A stretch of 64,000 nt of DNA. It comes from Phyllosticta citribraziliensis. Lineage: Eukaryota. The stretch is from NCBI RefSeq assembly GCF_038025025.1, contig NW_027117346.1, forward strand, positions 124,001-188,000, given 5' to 3'. This document shows positions 11,701 through 23,454 of this stretch, one piece after another; within the stretch, counting starts at the first letter, position 1, and every line of letters begins with the position of its first letter. A program made the translations under genes and the position numbers. Below the pieces are notes generated by a model. It worked only from the letters and a program-made list of their open reading frames with translations. It was not told the origin of the DNA and did not search any database.

Positions 11701-14700
11701 CAGCCCGGCTTCGCAGAAGAAGCGCGTCAGCTTTGATGCTTCGACCACCCTGTCTAACGGACACATAGACGGCGCCAATGGCGCACTCGTCCCTGCTGAG
11801 CGCGAGTCTGCCACCCCCAGCGCTGAGGAACAGGGCTTCCTGAGGTCGTCCAAGAATGCTGACACGCCTAAGAACGTCTTCACCAACGGCGACAGGCCCG
11901 AGATGGAGCAGGTAAAGGGTAACGAGGTTGCTCTCGCCACCAAGAACGGCTCGCCCAGCTCTGCAACTCGTGAGGCTCCCAGCGAACCGCTCCACAAGCG
12001 GACTGAGCTCGTCGCTGGCGACTATTGGACCGAGCCTCCTCTTGAGCAGCTGAAGAAGTTGAGCAAGCAAGAGCTCAAGTCCGTCCCCAACTTCAGAGTG
12101 GGACGTGTCGCTGTTGGCGAGATTAAGTTTGAGCAGCCTGTCGACCTTTCTGGTGTCGATTTTGACCGCCTCTTTTCTACCGTCATTTGCCTGAAGCCCC
12201 GCAACGCCACCGTTTATCCGTCCAAGACGACCACGCCTCCTGTAGGCAAGGGTCTCAACGTCACATCCCTCATCACGCTTGAGAACTCGTGGCCTCGCGC
12301 ATCAAAGGACGAGACGAGGAGCGAGCGCTTTGCCAAGCACCTTAAGCGTCTCCAGACCGTGGACGATACTGAATTTGTTGACTACAACCCCCATACCGGT
12401 ACATGGAAGTTCCGCGTGTACCACTTTACGACTTACGGTCTTGACTACGACGAGGACGACGACATTGACTCTATGCCTCTCGACCAAGCTCCTGCGATGG
12501 CTTCTCCAACTCCCGGTGCTCGCAACTCGCCGCTTCCCCCGCTGAGCTCGCTTCACCGTCTGTCGGGTGTTGACAACGCGCTCATCAGCCCGGCCGAGTC
12601 AAGCCCTGACGACACGTTTGAATTCAAGAGAGGCAAGACTTCGACCAGGAACGTTCCTGGGAGTTTTGACACGGAGGCTGCGTACTACGAGGATGACCAC
12701 ATGGCCTATGGACAGGACGATACCATCAACAGCACTCAGTCTTTTTTAGATGAGCGCTCCGTGGGTCCCTACGAGGAGGGCAGTGACATGGATGCTGCCT
12801 CTTACCGTAGCGGATCTGATTCGGAACCTGAGCAGAACATGGTGGGCTCATTCCCCGTTCCGGATCGCACCACGGAGCCGACTCCCACCAAGAACAGCAT
12901 CTTCGACGCCACGGGCATGCCCAAGTCCATCCTGAAGCAAAGCCAACCATTTCGCAACAGCCTCGGAACTCCGGCGAAGCAGCACTTTGACTTTGAGGAT
13001 GATTGGGCCGCGCAGCTCCAGCGTACCATCAGCCCGAAGAAGCAGGACCGACAGGCTCTGCGCGACAACCAGAGCAATGTGTTGAAGGCTTTCGACAAGG
13101 ACGAAGCCACCCCCAAGGCGAACAAGACGGCAGCTCCTTCGCAGAATATCGCCAACCATATCGATTTGATGAGCTCCTTGTTCGGAGCAAGCACTGCCCG
13201 CAAGACGGGAAGCATTGGGCCGGGACAGAAGAGAAATGGTCTTGAGGTTTGAATTCCCTTCATTTTGCTTTTTTGGGTTCTGCGCGGCGTCTGGCGCTTC
13301 ACGGTCTCCAGTTGGCTACGAGCTTGGATTGGACAAGGGCCAGACGTTGCGCCCGCTCTTGTAGTTAGCTTAGGACAGATTGAACAGTTTGCTAAAATCT
13401 CGGATGTTCCACAGTGGCCGTACCAGAAGACACCCAAAACCGGTGATGACCTTGCCGAAATGGATGAACGAGAAAAAGCGTTCCACGACAGCTTCAAGCC
13501 CAGCTGGACCCTCGACGGCGGCTTTACGTACACCGTGCCTGGCTCCGCTCCGCGGATGGAGGGCAACTTCTTCAACAACTTTGGCATCTCTCTTGTCGGG
13601 CAGCAGAAAGACGTGCGCTTCGCCAAGTTTGCTACCCCTGACGATGTAAGTACTCCCACTCGAAAACGGACCAGGACTCATTGTTTCAGATTTGGTCCCC
13701 CACAATGGAAGCACAGGCTCTTCCCAACAATACCGAGATCATAGGAGGAGGTTTTGACGATCCACCTCGCGCAAAAACGCTGGAGATGGAATTCCTTCCC
13801 CTTGCCTCTTTGGTGGACACGAGCACTTCGGCGGGCAAATACGAGCAGCAAGTGTGGAAAATTGCTAGCATCCTCTTCGACGACATTTCCAAGGCCAAGT
13901 TCGATATCCCTGCTTGCGTCAACCCCCCCGATGTTCGCGAAAGCGAGGAGCAGATTCGCACCGAAGTGCTTGCCGATTTCTGGAAGTCCATTGTTCTGCC
14001 TGAAGCTGAACGCCAAGCGCGACAGGCCAAGTCACCGGAAGAAAAGGCCATTGCTTACCTCTCCGCCAACTGCGTCTCTGAAGCTTGCGAGGCCTTGCTT
14101 GAGGGCAGGAACTTCCGTCTTGCTACTCTTGTTGCACAGATTGGACGCCCAAGGTCGTCTCGCGCAGCAATGGGCGCTCAAATCGAACAGTGGCGCGCAC
14201 AAGGGGTCTGGTCTGAAATTTCCGCGCCTATCCGCGCCATCTACACGCTCTTGTCTGGCGAATGCGCTGTTGTTGACGGGGCCGATGGTCCCGAGATTGA
14301 CAGAGCTGTCGAAATCAAGATCTCGCAGCAGTTCGGCTTGGATTGGCGTCAGGCCTTTGGCCTTCGTCTTTGGTACGCCAGAGAAATGCTCACGACCGAG
14401 AGCTCGATCTATCAGACCGTCCGGCGATTCCAGGATGAGTTGAGCCATGGAGATGAACAGGTGCGCCCTGTGCCATGGTTTGTCCGCGAAGGTGTGGACA
14501 TGGGCTGGCAAGACCCCAAGCCTCAGGAGCGAGAAGACTTGCTATGGGGCCTTCTTAAGCTATACAGGGCACACAGCAGCAGAACACCAGCCAGCGTCAC
14601 GGGCATTTTCATGCCTGAAAACGCCACGGGCAACCCCCTCAACGCACGTTTGAGCTGGCAACTGCTCACTCTTCTCCGCGCAAAGAACATTCTGCCCCGC

Positions 14701-15639
14701 GAGGTCGCCAACCCTAACTGGAAGGCATCTGGCGACGAAGTCTTCAACAAGCTCGAAATCACTGAGCTTTCGGATCACCTGGACCAGACCTTTTCACTTC
14801 CCCTGCTCACCGCAGAGCACTGGACGCACGCCGCTTGGGTGCTCATCCACCTTACGGATGACACAGTCCGCGCTGAAGCCCTCAAATCCCTTTTGTCCTT
14901 CAACGCTGCAAGCATCAATGGCGCAGACGAGACAAACTCAGTCGATTCTACGGCGGTTGCCTCTCGTGGACCATCCGTCTTTGAGTTCCTCACCGACTCG
15001 CTCAAAATTCCGACGCCGTGGATCTTCACGGCCCTCGCCCAGCATGCTCGCGCCGTTCTTCATGACCCCTACCTTGAAGTTCGGTACCTTTTGCGCGCTG
15101 GCTCTCTGGTCGCGGCCCACGCCGTCCTGACCTCGACAGTTGCGCCCGCTGCTGTCATTGCCAACACAGCCGACGAACTCGACGCTTTGCGCACTCTTCT
15201 CACGATGTTCGTTGAGCACCCTGGACACGGCTCTATCCCGGCAGCCGACTGGAAGCGTGGTGGTCTGGTGTACGCGGACTATCTCGAGCTCCTGGAGGAT
15301 AGCAACATCGCTGCCAGCAATGGCGCAATACCATCCGCAGGACCAGGCGCAACAGCTTTCCTGGAGCGTGAACGGGCAAAGACCGTGCCGCGCCTGGCTA
15401 CTGCGCTCGCCAGCCTGGCACCCGAACTCGGCAACAAGGAGCTGATTGAGCGTGCCGCGCTCAAGGAGATTGCGGGGTGTCTGCTCAAGAGCTTTGGAGG
15501 GCCGCGCTCTGCTGCTGGTGCCAAGGGCAAGAGTATGGGAGCGGCTGCGGCTTTGCAGGCACAACTGAAGGAGTTGAGGGGCATGGGAGTGACGGAAGAG
15601 GTTGGTCTCAGGGTCGGCCGCGCCGAGGGTCTGGGCTAA
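8751..15639 (+). CDS. NUP98: Nup98-Nup96 polyprotein nucleoporin (SonB / Nup189 / Nup145 type)
   Basis: Many GLFG/FG repeats; GLEBS motif (FQPYTEKD...SLEELRMQDY); autopeptidase domain ending HF|TTYGL; Nup96-like helical C-terminus. Introns 8884-9032, 9123-9437, 13247-13414, 13646-13689. Confidence 0.95.
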
Positions 15640-16562
15640 TACCGCGCTGTGGTTGGGGGAGTAAGAGTGTAGGTTATCGAAAGGAAGAAAGGATAGAAGA
15701 GGGACGGAATGGCTTGGTGAAAATTCGCATGGCAAGATGGTGGGCAGTGTGAGGGTCGGAAAACGTCTTTTCTGGTTGCCGGAAAGTTGTTGGATTGCAA
15801 AATAGGCGAGAGGCGATGAGGATTCTTTTTGTTTTGTTTATTAATGAAAAGTAGTCACTGCGGCAAGCGTATGAGCGTGCATCAGGAGATAGTCATTCAA
15901 AAACCATGACCTGAATTGAAGTTTATCCAGATCTGAGAAGTGCCATTGCTGGGAAAATTTTGATGAAGCTGTTGCTGGCTCTTGGCCCACCGCCCAAGCA
16001 AACCCCTGCAGGGTCCCGCCCGATCAACTTGACTACAACAGTCTTCTTTTTTCACAGCAGGTCTATTGGAACATCTCGCTCGGAGCCATCCTGTGTTCAA
16101 TTTATCGATCCTACCCTCTCTCGAGTTTGGCTCTGCTGCTATTGATTGACATTAGCCTGTTACGATAACATGTGTCCGTACCACCCCGCACCGACGCCTC
16201 TGCGAACCTCAGCTCCCAAGGCCTTGTCATCAGCCACCAAAGCCCCCAGCCCATGGTCACGACCTCTTATCGGGCTCTTTTGTTTCCTTCTGCTCGCTGT
16301 GGAGCTACGCAATCAGCTTTGGGTCATTTGGGCTGAACGGCTGCGCCGCAGGGCCGCTACTCCGCTTTTTTCTTTGGACCAAAAACTCGCCCGTCTTGCA
16401 CGATTGTCTAGTACGAGGCCGTCATCTCCAACGACTACCAAAGCTTCAGACACAAGCTCCGCGGCTATTGAGCTTGCAAATCCGTCTATCTGCAGCGTCT
16501 GAGGTCTTCTCAGCCAGCCGACCGGCGTCCTTTGCGTCACGTGAGACGCTGACAACTCCACA

Positions 16563-18343
16563 ATGTGTCAAGACGCCAGCACAACGGGCGGCCAGCCCTC
16601 CCATCCTCCCGCAGGCAACCAGCAATTGTATCCAGGCGCGGCGACAGCCGCCGAAATCCATATCCCCGTGGTGAGCAAAAAAGCAACTCGGCTGGAGCGC
16701 GCCTCGCTTCCGACGTCCAACACACACGGCCGTGACACGAGGCTGACGCGGTAGACCGCTTTGGCAGGAGGACGATGTCGATTCGGCGTATGGCGGTGAA
16801 GATGCTATGAGCGATACGACGTCTGTTGCTTCGACTATTTGGAAGCATCGCTTTGAGAATGGGAGGAGATATCATAAGTATCAGGAGGGCGCTTACTGGT
16901 GAGTTGGATTGCTTGTTTGCGTACATGTGTGGGTTGTGAGGTGGAAAAGGGGCATCTTTCAGTACAGTCTGCGTGGAGCTCTTTTGCTAGAGGTTGGAAA
17001 AGTAGAGGCGTTCGATTGGTGTGCTGACATGTCAAGGGGCCCGAACGACGATGCTCAGAATGACCAATTGGACATTGGGTAAGCTGTGATTTTCATTGCT
17101 TGCTTGGATCCAGGATACTGATTTTGAAGTCACCACATGATGAGAATTCTTCTCGACGACCGGCTGCATTTGGCGCCTTTGCGGACAGACCCTCAGGTGA
17201 GTCCCTACCCCAATCGTGTCTACTATGTTGAAAACTGGCTGACATTTCAAAGAGGGTCTTGGATGTGGGTATGTTGATCCGAGAACGCATCGTAGATGTG
17301 AGCGACACACTCACATCGTTCGTCTTCTGCAGGCTGCGGAACAGGAATCTGGTCCATGTACTGCGCCCCTCTCCCCATTGTCTCAATTCCATGGTCATTT
17401 CTGATCCTTACACAGTGACTTTGCCGATGAGTACCCATCTGCTGAAGTGATCGGCACAGACTTGTCGCCAATTCAACCGGCGTACACTCCGCCCAATGTC
17501 AAGTTCGAAGTGGACGACTGTACGCAGCAATGGATGTACCCGCCCGACCATTTCGACTTGGTGCACATCCGATGCCTTTACGGCTCAGTATCCGACTGGC
17601 CAGCATTCTACCGCGAAGTATACGAGTACGTCGAGGTCGAAATATGCACACGCCCCTGAACGCTTCCGCTTCCCAAATGCAAGCTGACGTGCATTCGCAC
17701 AGGCACATCAGACCTGGCGGCTGGATCCACCAGCTGGAGACATCGATCCAATTCAAATCCGACGACGACAGCTTCCCGCCCAACTCGGCCCTGCTCGAGT
17801 GGTCCGACCTCTTCATCGGCACGGCAGAGAAGTTCGGTAAAACCATGCGCGTCACTGACAACATGAGGCGCTGGATCACGGACGCCGGCTTCCAGGAGGT
17901 CAGAGAGGTGCGGTACAAGGTCCCCGTCGGACCCTGGAGCTCGGATCCCAAGCACAAGGAACTGGGCAAATGGAACTTGCTGTATTGCTTTTATGGGTGC
18001 GGTAGGTGTTTCCGTGTGGACCTGGAGGTTCCGCTTGATGTCGAATTTGCTGACGTTTGGTGCGTGCAGAGGGCTGGGCCATGTTTTTGCTGACGAATGT
18101 TCTGGGAGTGAGTATTGTTTTCTCGATGCACGCGCTTTGCTGACATTGTGTTCAGTGGAAACCTGAAGAAGTGCAAGTCCTCCTTGCGAAATTCAAGGCC
18201 GCGCTGAAGGACAAGAAGACGCATGCATATTATGAGATGTAAGTGTATAGCTTAATTTGCCGAACCTTGACCTCTGGATGAGATGTTTGTCTCGCTGACA
18301 ACAGAGTAGGTCGGTTGTGTATGGGAAGAAACCAGAGGCTTAA
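16563..18343 (+). CDS. LaeA-like SAM-dependent methyltransferase, about 10 introns
   Basis: Spliced translation gives ENGRRYHKYQEGAYWGPND, RVLDVGCGTGIW, DFADEYPSAEVIGTDLSPIQP, FEVDD, IRPGGWI, YKVPVGPW and VYGKKPEA*. Start codon is tentative. Confidence 0.9.
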
Positions 18344-19471
18344 TCCTGGAATAGACGGCACTAGACTTTGCATTGCCGCTTCTGGATATTGATTCGGCAT
18401 AGAGTGATATCGACACAGCTAGAATTTAGCTTCTTTGTTGTTCAAGCGGCGGATAGATCCGACGTGGTTTAGATTTTCTTTCATGTTCCGATTCCCGCCC
18501 GTCCTCCCACCCTACGTACAACATTCTTTCATTTCATCAACGGGCTCGTATCTTGCAATACACCAGAACATCAACAAAAAGGAGCATGTCACGCATCAGG
18601 ACAAGTTCACACGTGACTCGGAACTCGGAGCTCGGGCTCCGTCTGGCACGCCGAAAACGCTTTGCCTGGTCGGCGACAGATCCTCAACGGGAAACCGAAC
18701 GATTGCGGCTCCACAACAGAAGCACGCGTCCTGCGGCACGTCGTCAGAGGCTTCCCGAATCGACCCTGCCTCAATGGATTCTCGGCCATAATCTGCACAG
18801 TTTGAGAGACCGACAGAACTTGATCCTAGATTCTGGAATAGCCCGAAGATGGCTGCTCAACAAGCCTTTCGAGGTTTGCAGGGGAGCCGAGAATGGACAG
18901 CAAACCGAGCGCATCGCCTCTCATCGTCAACTCGTGGCACAACAGCACGTGCAGCTTCCACGACGCGACCTCCCTATTTCATGTCTACCGGCGGTATCAA
19001 CCGGCGGCAAAACAGTCGGTTAGATAGAGTACCAAGCTCCTAACGCAGTGTGGTAGGAGGCGCGCCAGGGCCTTATTCGGGCTCCAATACGCCGAGCCAG
19101 CACTTTGCATTGTAGGACCGGCTTTTCCTACGTGTGCATGTCGGTCACACGCTTTTGCTGCTGGACATACTGCTGCATTTATCTCGCCAAGCGCCTGCCA
19201 CCGCAGAGTCGCACGCATCACGCACATCTTTGAAGAGTTGGAACTCGCCAGGGGCTTTCGAAATGGTCACAACGGCGTCTTTTTCGACGTCGACACTCGG
19301 AAAATCCGAGTTGCACCGTGTATGATCGACACGGGGCCGTGTCGTCGTCGTCGGCCTGAGGTACACTCTTGGTATGTTCGAGATGGAAGGCCTGGGCTGT
19401 TAGTTGGCCAAGGCAAGGGGCTATTGATGCGATGTTCGGTGTGGGTCGTAAAAGATTAGTCGCTATGGTCG

Positions 19472-19480
19472 TATATAATA
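19472..19480 (+). promoter_or_regulatory. Probable TATA box of the quercetinase gene
   Basis: TATATAATA about 160 bp upstream of ATG 19633. Confidence 0.45.
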
Positions 19481-19632
19481 GCCAGGTACAGCCGCGAGTG
19501 GTGACGATGGTGTTTTGACCCAGGGAAGTCATCAAGAGCTACAGAGCAGACTATCAACAAGAGCAAGGAGCTGATATTCTGGTCTCAACCTCTTCTTCGA
19601 CTCTCCTTCACCGATCCACACATTCAACCACC

Positions 19633-20808
19633 ATGAAGGCCAACCTCCTCGCTGGGGCTTTTGCCTCTGTCCTTCCTCTCGCGTCCGCTGCGCCGAAGTC
19701 GGCCGCATTTACTGGCGCGGCCGACGTCAATGACCTCTTCGTCTCTACCGCGCCAAATGAGCCGAAGCCATACATTCTTCCAAAAATGGCCGGCCGCGCC
19801 GTTGCCGTCGGCCAGCAAATCTACCGCTTCAGCGTGACGGGCAACGCATCGGCCGGCGCCTTTACCCTGATGCAAACGAACGCGCCCTCGTCGACCGCCC
19901 TCGGCGTCCTCCCGCACATCCACAAGGAGCACTACGAAAACTTCTACTGCACCAAGGGCCGCTTCCAGCTGTGGGCGCAATCCAACAGTACGGCCAACGC
20001 CACGCAGCAGGCGCGCGTCCTCACGCAGGGCGACTACGGCGCGGTGCCACAAGGCACGATCCACTCGTTCCAAGTCACAGACCCGGACACGCAACTGACG
20101 GGCATCATCTCGCCGGGCGGATTCGAGGAGCTCTTCATCGCCATCGGCGACAGCGCCTACACGTCGTCGACGGGCTCTGAATACGTCCCCGCCGCGTCCA
20201 ACTCGTCGTCGTCCTCGGGCGCCGGCTCGTCCGCCTCGCTCATCTCGGCGCTCGAGTCTTTCGACGTCTATGCCCAGCTGGACTTTGTTCCGCGCCGCGA
20301 CCTGGTCAACGGCACCGCCGGCGATGCCGGCACGTGGCACACGGCCGCGAACGCGCTGGCCAAGGACACCTCAACGCCCGCCTTTGTCGCCAAGGGCTAC
20401 GGTCCCAAGTACCTCTGGCGCGGCGACGCAGGCTCCGGCCAATACGCCGTCGTGGCGCCGCTCGTCACCGAGACGCAGAGCGCCGGCAACTTTACCATGG
20501 GCACGATCACGCTGTCGCCGCGCAGCGCCAACGCGTCGGCGGCGTCGCTGTCCAAGAGCAGCTTCCCCGTCCACACGGCGCTGCAGATCGAGGAGGGCGA
20601 GGTCGTGGTCGAGATTGACGGCTTTGCGGGCCAGGCGCGCGCCATCCAGGGCGACGTCGTCTTCGTGCCCAAGGACACCAAGTGGAGCTGGTGGGCGACG
20701 AGGCCGTTCACCAAGGTTCTGTATGTCAGCGGTGGCACGGGCGGTGTTGAGGAGCAGTTTGTGCAGGAGGGCGAGAGCTGGGATTGGATTACCTACCCCA
20801 TTGCTTGA
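19633..20808 (+). CDS. Secreted quercetin 2,3-dioxygenase (bicupin)
   Basis: Signal peptide MKANLLAGAFASVLPLASA; metal-binding LPHIHKEHYENF; GDYGAVP..TIHSF; ISPGGFEELF; second cupin with GDVVFVP. Intronless. Confidence 0.92.
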   Translation: MKANLLAGAFASVLPLASAAPKSAAFTGAADVNDLFVSTAPNEPKPYILPKMAGRAVAVGQQIYRFSVTGNASAGAFTLMQTNAPSSTALGVLPHIHKEHYENFYCTKGRFQLWAQSNSTANATQQARVLTQGDYGAVPQGTIHSFQVTDPDTQLTGIISPGGFEELFIAIGDSAYTSSTGSEYVPAASNSSSSSGAGSSASLISALESFDVYAQLDFVPRRDLVNGTAGDAGTWHTAANALAKDTSTPAFVAKGYGPKYLWRGDAGSGQYAVVAPLVTETQSAGNFTMGTITLSPRSANASAASLSKSSFPVHTALQIEEGEVVVEIDGFAGQARAIQGDVVFVPKDTKWSWWATRPFTKVLYVSGGTGGVEEQFVQEGESWDWITYPIA

Positions 20809-23410
20809 AGTGGTAGGGGTGGGGATATTCAGGGGTATTCTTCTTGTACATTTGTTTGATGATAGAATAGACGCTTCCATCGCTGGAATGCCAACCACGG
20901 GATATTGACTGGCAACTGCTATGTATCCAACATCTCCCACACTCAAAGCTTTGAAACAGCGTTCTGCAATGTGCTGCCCCATCTTCATGTCCTCGACGGC
21001 CGCTTCATCATCACATGATCAAGCGAAATGAGGTCCAAGCTGCTGCCGTGCCTTGCTCACCCTCCCAAAACAAACGCCCGCGAAAACAGTAGACACAGAA
21101 GAGCTCACCACTCCAAGTAGACGATACGCTCAATGACTGAGCAGTGGCTTCCTGCATTGCATGACTGCTCGATGTTCCGTCTAGGAGACGCGGGCGCCGC
21201 CATTTATACATGGCAGGCCACCGCTTCCGCGGGCATCAGGCGCATTCTAGGACACACACGGGCAATATCACGCGCTGGGAGCCTCCTCATGTGCGCGCGT
21301 GATAGAGCATGCGCCTCGAGGCTCCCCGCGTGTGATAGCCCGCATGGCAGGAGTCACAGCGCGTGATTTGGAACAGCCTCATGCACGCGGTAGCCTGCGA
21401 GCTAGAGTTCTTCGTATATAAGCGGATCCCAATCCTCTAGCAATCAGTGGTGATCATGACATTCAGAGAATCGATACTTGTTCAAGAACCCTGCACTGTC
21501 GTACTTTCTTTTTCCTTTCGGTCGCTTTTCTAACTCTGCCTGTTGTGTGTCCTTTTCAGTACTGCTTTAAAGCGCTATGGAGCGGCTCTTCAGTGAGTGA
21601 TGATGCTGGCGCAGAGTGGTGCGAGACGGGCCACTGGACTTGGATAGGAAACCTGCAACACAAAAGTCGAATGGCATCCAACCAAAACACACATTAGGCG
21701 AACAGGCCAGAAACCCACATTTTCTGCGAGAGCGGCGGTGTGCAGTTGCAGGAGGGAAGTTCTGCGAAGACTTTGGCCTCGTTTATAGACAGAGGGGGAA
21801 ATTCAGGAGGCTGCGCGATGGCTTCGGTTATCTGTTCCTAAGGGAAATCCATGAGCACACATGTCTGCCACAGGAGTTTTGGCCGATGATACTGCTGCTG
21901 AGCTATGAAATAGCGCAACATTTTGAATTTTTCAACCCTTTTCACAAGTCCACAACAACGGAGAAGTGACACTTTCTACGAGGAGACAGGCCGGAAACCA
22001 GACCGGACTGGGTGTCTCCCGTTTCCGGAAGCAAAATACTACAGGAATCCGACGAGCTGAAGTTCTAAAGTTGAAACAAAGGAGTTTCAACGTTCAGAAT
22101 GCCACTATAGTCCCACGAGAAACTCCGAAAACGTTATTTTCCAGAGTGTTCGCACATTGATACAATCTCTGACCGACCGAGCCGGCAGGAAAGTAACGAG
22201 AAAAGGAAAGGCGGAAACGAAAGGCAAAGCAAAAGAGAACCGCGAGGATCAAGCCAATGACGTATAGGCATATATCTTTGAAGCCGCAGGGCACTTTCGC
22301 AGTAGTAATCTCATGAGTGCTCCCCGCTACCTTTCTAGATGCGCCATTGGCCCGGCCCGACCATCGTTTTTTGCTGTATCTCTCGATGAGTGTGCTGTTT
22401 GGCTATCTTATGAGCCGCGCGAATAGCCAGAATTGTCTGATTTCTTGCTTCGTGATGCACGGGTTTGGGCGTCTGGAGCGGAGCTGTGGTGGTGAAAGAG
22501 AAGATCAATACCCTGGGCACTGTCTTTTATAGGCACAGGAGACTCTCTTTGCGGGCAGAGCACAAGACACGCCCGGGGCGATTCTTTTGACCACATGCGT
22601 ATGCCTGGCCCGCATGTGAACACGATGGACGTTCCGACTTCGCGCCTAGATCCGCTGCTCAGGTACAAAAGCTCAACTCAGCTCACTTCCTCCCCCCGTT
22701 TCACTCACTGCCGAAGCGACAAGGCTGGCGTGGAACGCCTTTTTGCAGTTGCCACTGCCGGGTCCGTTTACACGCGCATCAGTTTTTCTGTTTTTCGGAG
22801 CGCGGTCAGTCGTCGCAGAGACAGCTCAGCGAATTTCGCCTTGCTTGTGTTGTTATCCACCGGACTCGGCGTTGTTGGAAGGGCAAGCACGTTGACGACG
22901 CGGTTTCGCAATGATGGAAGGCATTGCGGGATCATGATGGCGAGGGCTGTCCGACGACACGAATGCTCCCAACGCGCCCACAACACCACAACATTCGCAC
23001 GACAAACCGCCGCCGCCGCCACAACCGCAACGCCCACAGTCCATGTCCAAAGGCGAGGGAAACACCCCCAGCAGACAGCAGACAGCAGTAAATGCTCGTA
23101 GCAGATCCTGCCGCTGCTGCTGTCGCCGCCGCCAACCCCAACTTCCATGTAGAAGAAGAAAGCCAGGGAGGCAGGAAGCCGGGTAGAAGTACTCTGACCA
23201 GACGGGCCCCCGCTCAGGTCAGACGGGCGCCAACTCACAACCAGACGGGGCCCCCGCTTGGACACATGGTCGGACGACATCGCCTTCACAAGACAGTGCA
23301 CGCCGAAGTGGTGGCATGGGGCGCTGGCTGAATTGGCTTGTGACGCTTTGCCTCTCGTTCCATTCCGTTCCTGGATCCTGCTGCTCGTCCTTCCTTCTGA
23401 CACACACCTG

Positions 23411-23453
<43 letters not shown>

Positions 23454-23454
23454 C
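23411..23454. repeat. (CTGC)11 microsatellite
   Basis: Perfect tetranucleotide repeat read directly. Confidence 0.95.
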
